From Patellaria atrata CBS 101060 (lineage: Eukaryota), in contig MU006090.1 in NCBI GenBank assembly GCA_010093705.1, forward strand, positions 186,001-250,000: a stretch of DNA of 64,000 nucleotides, read 5' to 3'. Under the pieces are notes generated by a model, which was not told the DNA's origin, did not search any database, and saw only the letters and a program-made list of their open reading frames with translations. Each line of letters opens with the position of its first letter. The first letter of the stretch is position 1. Both the position numbers and the translations under genes were made by a program. Below are positions 49,404-64,000 of the stretch, in pieces.

Positions 49404-49884
49404 ATTTCCCACTTCTCGAACCAGAAAGCACTCATTTCTCATACCTGCTTCACGTCAGTTCTGCTGAGCGCGTTTGTCACAGAAAGCTCAGTACGGCATG
49501 CGTATAAGCAAAGATACGGACGCCATCGGAACCGAACTGGTCTGCAATATTACAGCACGATGTCCCCCCTCTGGCGTTATTTACTCACCAATCCCAACCC
49601 CGCTCTTGGATGAAGTAATGGTGTCCCATCTCGTTTACGGTACTAATACAGTACCTATCGAGCGACGCATTAGCAGACCCAGTCTTCGCTATTTTGACGT
49701 CCAGAACGTCTGAAAACCAATCAAAGCAGGACTAATATAATCACTCCGTCTTTTCCTCTTCAGCACGCTCGACTCCAGAAAAAATGTACGTAAGTAACTA
49801 CTCATTGTGGTGTGACACTCAGTCGTGGTAAAGAAAATATTTTTGGTGGTTGTCTAGGCGGAAAAACTTGATATCTGGAAGCAT

Positions 49885-49892
49885 CTCCGCGG
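49885..49892. promoter_or_regulatory. NirA-type binding site CTCCGCGG (distal)
   Basis: Second exact copy of the same 8-mer, about 610 bp upstream of the flavohemoglobin ATG. Confidence 0.5.
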
Positions 49893-52800
49893 CAAAACCG
49901 GGAGGAAAGAATGGTTCTGACTGAACAGTTGCACGATACGGTACTTTATTATTGTGTTCTTCTTGTTTGCGCGCATCAGCATTATGGATAGCCTTACGAA
50001 CGTAAATGGAAGACCGTCTCACGAGTACGAGACGTCGTTGTACGGATTAGAGAGCATTACCTTAAGGTTAAGGTTGCCTTTGTGGCGGAAGTGGCGCGAC
50101 GGGGAAGGCTTCACACATCAACTTGTCCTTGCGGGACAAAGAACTTCGGCCTGATATCGCCTGACAACGTCGATCTTTCTCCCAAGGACCACTCTCGAAC
50201 CATCTTACCCAATATCTTCCGCTCGATCAGAAACTAAGATTTGTATCTAGTAGCGACTAGAAGTGGAACTATGGCACGTAGTCTATGGTTAACGAAGCAT
50301 CAATGGCTTGGATAAACCGAGTGTAGACCCAAAGAGTTGTTTTTTAAAGTCATTTCTTGCCCGAAATGATACTACACAAATATACTCGATGTTCATTTTG
50401 CAGAGATTTTACTGACATATCTGAAGGGACTTAGAAAGGTTGAAGTGCGATCCAGTGTTGATAATCTTCAATCCCGTTCTCGTCCTCTCAGTATGGAGAT
50501 CATGATAGTTCTTCTCGTGAGCAGGATCTAGGATTGATCATTGATCATTGATTCACAGGCTTCCTACCCTTTCAAGCGGAAGATTTACTTTGTCGGCGCA
50601 AATATAAAACAGTCATATGGTATATGTCAAGACAGACTGTGTCAGAAGGTAGAATTCACCAAGTGCGTAAAGCCCTAAACGGTCTTTGAAGGTTTTTCAA
50701 CTTTCCCTTATCCACACATAGATAATCTTTCTGAGCATATATTCCCTTGGATGGTATGGTTCATTCGTTATCCATGCCGCGGATTTGGGCTTCAGAGTGC
50801 AATTGTTGCTCTAAACTTGTGCAGAGCACTCCTTTTGGTGCATTTCTCTGTATAGAAGTATCATTTAATGGCTGGTAGCCAAATTTAAGATCGACTTCTT
50901 TTGGATCACGCTTATTGAAGAGCAACAAAAGGCCAAACTTCCCCACTTTCCAAGTTCTGATTATAGACCACTATAGGGCCACCAACGCAGAGTATCTACG
51001 GCCCCTTATTCCCGCGGGCTGTGGTGTTCCTGCATCCGAAATCATTGACGGTACCCGCGAGGCTGAATGGGATCTTAGTAGATCGATATCCGGCATGGCG
51101 CCAGGGGATCCACCTGGGCCTGGCTCCGGTGTGGGGCTGCTGCGGAGTGGTCTTTGTCCGGTACACGGACTGCGGACGGGTCAGAGGGGTAGTAGGTGAC
51201 ACGAGGAGAGCTTGAGGGGAAGAGACTGAAATTTAGATGAGACAAAGCAGGAAGAATAGAAATGTAGCAAATGAAGGGAATAAAAAGTTACTTTCCAAAG
51301 AAAGAGTGTGCAACTGTGTTCGAACAGTTGGCATGCAGACGACAAGCAAGAGACGCAGAAAGGCGGCTTCCTGGAGGATTGTCGAACTCAGATTTGGCTG
51401 TGCCCAATGCAGGGGAAATATAAGATGCATCCTGATGAGATCCTTTGGAAATTTCGTGCATAAAAATGATGGACTGAGGACCATCCAACTCCTCTGTCTT
51501 GGAAGTTTACAGTTAACGCTGTAGTGCCTGATAGATATCCCTATCCTGATTTGGGTACCATGCACCATACTTTAATTGTCCGCTGTATAACGGCCTTTAT
51601 AGAGCTGTAGCTTTTTAATCGCACACTGGGCTAGAAGCTTTGTCTCGCTCGCCTCGCTTCTTAGCATGGGAGGTTCATGTCCAGGCACAAAGTGATCATG
51701 GGACTTTTGACTTTTGCCAGAAGCTTTGAACAGAGTACTCACCAGAGCGACATACCTACCGTGTAACCTCCAAATATTGCTGGAATGAATTGAGAGGTCT
51801 TGCGGAAACGATCTGATCCATGTACGAGATCGCATCACTCGTTTTCGAGGTCTGACCGAAACGCCCAATGATGCTTAACGGAGACCGACTGTACATACAG
51901 TAGTTCCGTGACCGATCATACCGATAATCAATTGATGCCAGGTACTGTATCTTTTGTTTGGGATTAGCGCCGGAGGTTGAATTCTTAAATAGCAAATTTT
52001 GAGTTCCGTAGAACAGAGGAGGATGAATTGTTCCTTTAACGTTTTTGTTTCCATCGGAGTCCAAGTATTACCCCGTAAACTCATCGATGCCTTATTGAAG
52101 AAGAACTACTGGTGGTGCTACATGCTGGCTCCGAGGTATGAAGTGAATGGTATAGACGCCTATCTCTTTGGCGAGAGAGCAAAGATCGTGAAGTGTCTTC
52201 AGTCTTTCCGGGATCGCGATCTAACCCCTTGTCCGTAGCCGGTCGTTCCAGTTGCCGGGCGCCATGGAGATGCAATGCGGACTGCTGAGATAATTTGAAG
52301 TCATTGCATGTTCCTCTGCAAGAGAGCCATCTGGAGCAGGGAGTGATAGTGCTGCGATGGTTCTAGAGTTTGGGCATTGCTGGACCAAGGGGTCAGACAA
52401 TATGAAAGACCGGAGGTTGAACCAGAATGACAAGCGCCCCGAAAACAGCAATATTCTGGAAATTTGATGGAAGGCCGGGAGGTGTGGGGGCCGGTATGAG
52501 GTCGATGTCGGGTTTCCAATCAAAACCGAGATGGATGAATGATGAATGCACGAGGCTCGCACATGACAACATTTACGAACCGACACACGGATCGCAATGT
52601 GCTCCGTTAACTTTAGCAAAGTCAGCAAAAGCAAAAGCGTCGAAGTCGTGTTTCTAACCTTCCTAATGCGTTTGTAGATTGATGATGAGACATTGTTGCT
52701 AATAGGATGCGAAGCCTACGTCTAACTCTTAACGATAGAGAGATCTTGGAAGGAGGATTCTACAGTTGCTTCGTGGTTTGTGGAGTTTGACATTCTGTTG

Positions 52801-55800
52801 GCTCCCCAGTCTCTATGCCCCTTGCTCTTTCAAGATTGACCAATTGACCGAATGATTGGCCCAGCTCCTTGCTGTGTGTAGTTGGTGGAGGATGTCTAGA
52901 GTCATAGAACTGCATAAACTATTATGATTAGGGAGTGTATATAATCCGGGATGAAGTAAAGATTGGACTGATTTCGTGCCTCCTAAATTTCGAAAGCGCA
53001 TAAAGCTCCCAGGTAAAAACGTTGATAAGTTCTTGGTGGTGTAGCGAATTTACAGGGCAGATCCATAGTGTGCGCATTGATATCTTGTCCTGCGTCAAAA
53101 TCGTAGTGAAAAGCACGGACAGATCTCATAGAAGCTGCGTGGAAGGTGTGGAAGTATTTCTAGAAGGCGACAAGGCGTTAGAGTTTTGCTGGCTGCAGAG
53201 TCCACATCTTGCTTTGAGGTTTTAAGAGCACAAATTGATCACGAGCTTACTCCATGTTTCCGCACTGGGTTTCGTGCTCACTCCCTAGCCTTCATCTGTG
53301 GAACAGGGCGGTTGAGGCTTTGCTTCTGGTGGTCCATGACTTTTCATCTCGTTGCTGTTGGCATGTTACGAGTCGTCATTTCAATGGAAGCGATAGAGAC
53401 CAGATACTTTCTTATCGCCTAATTTTCTGTCAGACAACCCGTTTCCGCGTCGACGCGCTTGATTTCTGCTGAGTTGACAGCTCCCTCTGTGATCTGTCCA
53501 CGATGAAGCCCTGCCCTCCTTTGTTTAACGATATGAAGATCCCCACGTTGCTGCCACGAGCTTACAGACCACAAAGCACTTTAGAATCTATGATCAACGG
53601 CCAGCAAAAACGTCATACTGGAGTATACTGACAACATGTTACGTTAGAACTAAGGTACTCAGTTCAGTCCCCTTCCAAGCGGCTCATCGTTCCTTCTGCC
53701 GCTGAACAGTTTCGGCTTTACCCACACCTTTCTATGTGTTGCAAAGAATAATGACTGCCCAAGGGTCTGTTCGTTTAGCAGATACTCGACGATAGATGAA
53801 CAATGTACAAGTATGCATGATCTGGTCCTCTTTGGGTAGCTGCCGAAATGATCCATATGCTCCCGCAGGCATGAGCCTAATAGCAACTAGTTCCAGCACC
53901 CACCACCCGTCTTTTTGCTTGATGTCATACACTCATGATCGGTTTGGCTCTGCCTTTCTCTCTCTACTTGTGGCTGCTTGAGGGATTATCCTGAAACTTA
54001 GCCTGCCGTCTGCTTCAACGAGTAATTGGATCGTCGTAGTGCGTGGATGGAACCTGTCATACCGTCATCTGAATTCAGCGATCATCCTCTGGAGACTGGA
54101 AACCGTCGCTGAAATGACAACTTCGATAATAAAGCTTTGTAGTTTGTATCTGTAAGTGGTTGACTCTTCGTTAGGCTAATGATATTGATTAAAGGGACGA
54201 AACTTCTGTTACTTTCCTCCGATGCTACGCGAGAATAGCCCCTGGCTTACCGATCCCTGAAAATCGACGATGCTTTGACGCTCCCCCTAACGGGTCGAAT
54301 TGAAGCTGTCCAGGGCTGACCTTCGAGAAATTCTGTTGCAGCAGCTCGTCTGCATCAGGACAGCAGGCGGCCAATGCACCCACACCAGGAACCACGCTTG
54401 GCCTTGTCGGTGCCTTGTGGAGATCACATCAGGAGCCCTTCTAGCGTTCTTCCATACAGTGGTCAGTGCTGGAGTACGGGAGCTTCTAACTTCAAGATAC
54501 CCTACTTCAGAATATGCAGAACAAGATATGTCCCTGTAGGCGAGGCAAGCCAGATAAGAACTTTGAGATGTGACTCGATTGTCTAGCCTGTGATGCTACT
54601 GACATAACTCTTTTGCTCAAGGGAGTTTTGTATATCTGATCGTTCTTGGACGTCAGAAACAGACATGGTCTTCTATCTCATGCAATTTGGGTTAACAAGC
54701 CGTCCCTTTTCTTGGGGAAATAAGCCTCGAGTATGGCCGCATGATTGCTTGAGCAGAAACATCGTCACCTCTAGGCACACGTCCTAAAAAGCAGGGACAT
54801 TGGGTATAGGGAGACTGGCGCAGCCAGGGTGATCCATCCCGCTCGATGGCATTGTTTCTTTTGAGCAAAGTACAATCTCAAGTTTGATGTTGCGTAGCAG
54901 GCGTAAACAGCAATGATTCACACTGATAAATGTGATAATCCCCGTCTTGCATACCGTGTTGTGACAATTTTTGGCGACCTACAGTTACACACACACACAA
55001 CCACGTTCCACATCCTGATCTTACGAAGAGCAGGGTGACGCTGGATCCTTCACGTCGAGCACATTGCATATCCTCAACCTCTGACATTCTCCCAAAGGCT
55101 TCAACGATAACAATCCTCAACGAAAACATCTGCAGGCACACTGTGAGAGCTGCAATATTGGGTTGATACTCTTTTTTGGGACCGAAAGATACCAGCTTAG
55201 TACAGGCTGTCTTTCACGCCTAAAGTTGTAAAAGAACGTACTAGTACTGCAGGACCTTGGTTGTTAGGTACGTAATTCATATCCCAACAGAACGATTACC
55301 CTAGAATCCATTGTATGATGCTATACGGCTAGATGGATCCGTTGTAGTGTTGATTAAGGGGATCGCAGTTCTCTCATCGACTACGACGAGGCCGTCTCAC
55401 AGTCCTCACCCCTTCTTTTCTCCTCAGGGTTGTCTGAGACTGTTACCTTAGCCAATGTGATGACTATTAAGGCGTACTGTACATAGCTGACGACTACTCA
55501 GATGAGAATACTCCACCGACAGAACTGGATCCCGAGAAGAAGTTATATTACAAAGAGCCTTATATCTAGGAAGCAACAATTGCAAAGTCCTAAACAACTG
55601 CAATCCTGGTCACGGTAGCTGAGCCGGAGAAGTGTCATACATCTTTTCAGTTCGTGGTGTGCAGATATTGCAGAAGTGAGGCATAATCGATTAACCGTAA
55701 GAAAGCTTAAATTGATACTTGAAGTGAAGAAGAGGAGAGGGTAACACAGGAGCGACAGGCTCGAGGTTATTGACGGTCTCCCAGTTAACGCAGGAACGAG

Positions 55801-57054
55801 AGCGTGAACGGCTTCTGGATAACGCAGGTGTGAAGGTGAAACAAATCTTCTTACGATATTCCGGATACTTGGGAGAGCCGTTGAAGGTCAGCTAGCCATT
55901 CCGACTCTTATAGGTCGGGTCATCTTATGCAGGAGGAGTTGCAGGCCTTCAACACATCAGACAAGAATAAGCAGCTGGTGGCACGACTGCTATTTTCCCA
56001 TCGCATCTGCATATCCCTGGGTTCGGGGTAAAACGACATTCGCGGTCAATCGAGTTGGGCCATCTGTCTTAATTCTTAAAAGAGAGCCCTTGTGCGTGGA
56101 AGGGTTAAGCTACGGCACGGCGAGTTTTCATTTGGTGGAAACGTCGGCGGTGTTGGTCATCGCGGTCATCATCGCCTCGTCTTCCTTCATAAAGGATTGG
56201 CCTTGGCGCAGCCATTGGCAGCCACCGCCTAACTCCGCCCAAAACCGACTAGCGCCCAAACAAGCCTGTCCTCTACCTTTCAACACGCGCTTTTTCCCCC
56301 AAGTACTTTTAACAACCCAACTCAAAAGATCAAGAAGCACGAGAGAGAAGGCCATATTATCCACTTTGTCTTCTCCACAAGTTCCGTGCGTCTATTGTCA
56401 TTCCGCTACATCTTCACGTAAGTCAATCTCCCTTCCGTTGTTTTTCCTATATACCCTGGTTCTCCTACGCTTCTACTCGCTGCTGTCTTGCGAAGTTGTT
56501 GTCAGTACCCAAGTCTGCAAACCCCCCAGGCGCCCTCTCCTATTTTTTCTCTCGCCCGAATGGGTCTCATGATTCACGAAAACAAACCACCCGCGATCAT
56601 CAAAACATCAAAACATTACAATGTGTACTATCATTGTCGAGTCGATTTGACATGCTGATAGATCTTGATGAAATAGTGTCTCCTTCAGCATTGACCTGCT
56701 CGCGGCCCGACCCTCTATTTTGACAGACAGCCCTTCGGACGGACCATCAGTCAGTCTCGAGACGTTACGATACAAAGCTGTGGTGTGGTCGTTCATCGGA
56801 TCGTTCACCAGCACGATCGGTGTTTGAAGAGGCATCGTTATCACGTTCAAGTGAGGAATCCTCATCGTCTCGTCACGGGCAAAGCGTATGCAATCCCCAA
56901 TACCAGAGGGACCACACGTAGCCAGTGGCAGCCATAACAGTGGTGCGCACTTTTCCTCCCAAATCTCTGGGTTCATTTCAGCTTTGCCTGCAATCCCCTT
57001 CAAGTCCTCAACCCCCCCAACGGACTCTTTTCGCACTCTTCAGGCGTTTGGAAA

Positions 57055-58683
<1,629 letters not shown>

Positions 58684-59813
58684 ATCCTTTTCTGCTATTT
58701 GTTTGCTTTGAAATGTACACATATTCCTAGGGTTACTTGCGGCGTTAACTAAAGAGGATACCCCGCTATATTCCTATTTTCACGACGATTGCTTTTGAAC
58801 GAAATTTCAGGTGTGCTTTGATTTAGGCCTAGCATTTGAGTCTTAGCAGCGAAGTCTTTGAATTTCCCTAATATTTTTCTTTTGTTCAGTCACAACTTGC
58901 CCTTAAGAGTGTTTTGAGTTTGTTTGTTTTCCTTTGTTGCTTAGGCTACCCTCCCAAAAAAAAAATTGATTTCCTACGTTACACCGAGCATTTTCTGGGT
59001 TTTTGGGGGCTCTTTCTTCCATCAAAGGAGTCTACATAGAATCTGGTAGTGGGCGTCTCATCAATCATCGGTGTTTTGAGAAGGCGTCTTATACTGGAAC
59101 GGGATTGGACGGTTAGGCTGCTGTTTTTGCTAGAAAGGAGCCCTAAAAATATGTTCGTTCATGTTTTTTCTTCCCTTTACTTTTCTCTCATCTACTGTAG
59201 AATAGGCAATCGCTGCGGACAGACTAGCTGAATGACTTTTCTAATGCTGTAATACAAATAGACTTACCATATATCTGAACCCTAACAACATCCCGTGAGG
59301 TACAAGGGATGCAAAAATTTACAACTGTTGAAAACTTATAAGAATTATAGCGACCATAGCCTCTATTTTCCACTTCAAGTAGTCCTAACCCTGGTATAAG
59401 TGGTAATCGAAACCGGGACTTGGATGAGTAATAGGCGAATGGTACATCGAGGGCTAGGTTTGAGAAGCGCCAATCGTGAACATAGCAATTGGCAAAATAC
59501 TTTGAAACACCATCTGTATACAGAACAAACAACCATTATCCGGGTTCGGGGGGCCTGCAGTGTCACAATGACTACAGCACGCCGATGCCGCATCTCTGGG
59601 TGCCAAGAAGGTAATTTTTGCTAAATGCTACACCTTCAAAGGTGCGGTTTGGACTCAGTTCCGGTATTTTAACTAGAACTCCTATACCACCAAGTTTTAG
59701 GGAATTCTAGATACTTGAGAAAAGCTAGATACTATCCCCAGAGAACTACTACCAGTGGGTCTCAATCAATTGCTAGCAGCATCCTAAGACTATTTACTAC
59801 CCACGTTCCTTAA

Positions 59814-64000
<4,187 letters not shown>

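Noticed and set aside
51432..51455. CTGATGA...GAAA hammerhead-like core
   Set aside because: No stem II or flanking stems can form.
59279..59287. AACCCTAAC as a telomerase RNA template
   Set aside because: A 9-mer in a short spacer before ARO1 with no supporting structure; expected by chance.

Overview
This is a gene-dense chromosomal window from a filamentous ascomycete (Pezizomycotina-type short GT-AG introns with CTRAY branch sites), with two assembly gaps. About 20 protein-coding genes can be reconstructed by hand. In order: 4-repeat polyubiquitin, a LaeA-like SAM methyltransferase divergent from a P450, a conserved Zn2Cys6 factor, two orphan ORFs, a beta-carbonic anhydrase, a divergent VosA-type velvet protein, a second P450, an F-box protein, a GNAT, a divergent Zn2Cys6/MFS efflux pair, STN1, a Cys-rich membrane-anchored protein, a RIB2-type deaminase, a DNAJC9-like co-chaperone, a secreted multi-module Cys-rich protein, flavohemoglobin, a 4-finger C2H2 factor and the pentafunctional ARO1 (truncated by the window end). 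I recognised no tRNA, rRNA, transposon or CRISPR array, and I cannot demonstrate a clearly new biological system. The best leads are a flavohemoglobin with two exact NirA-type sites and a possible dual start (mitochondrial or cytosolic), a candidate Kex2-processed polyprotein of four 6-Cys modules, an atypical velvet paralog with an internally repeated C-terminus, a backbone-less TF/MFS/GNAT detoxification module, and a 5'UTR splice donor that contains an inhibitory upstream ATG. All gene models and motif calls were read by eye; no database searches were run.
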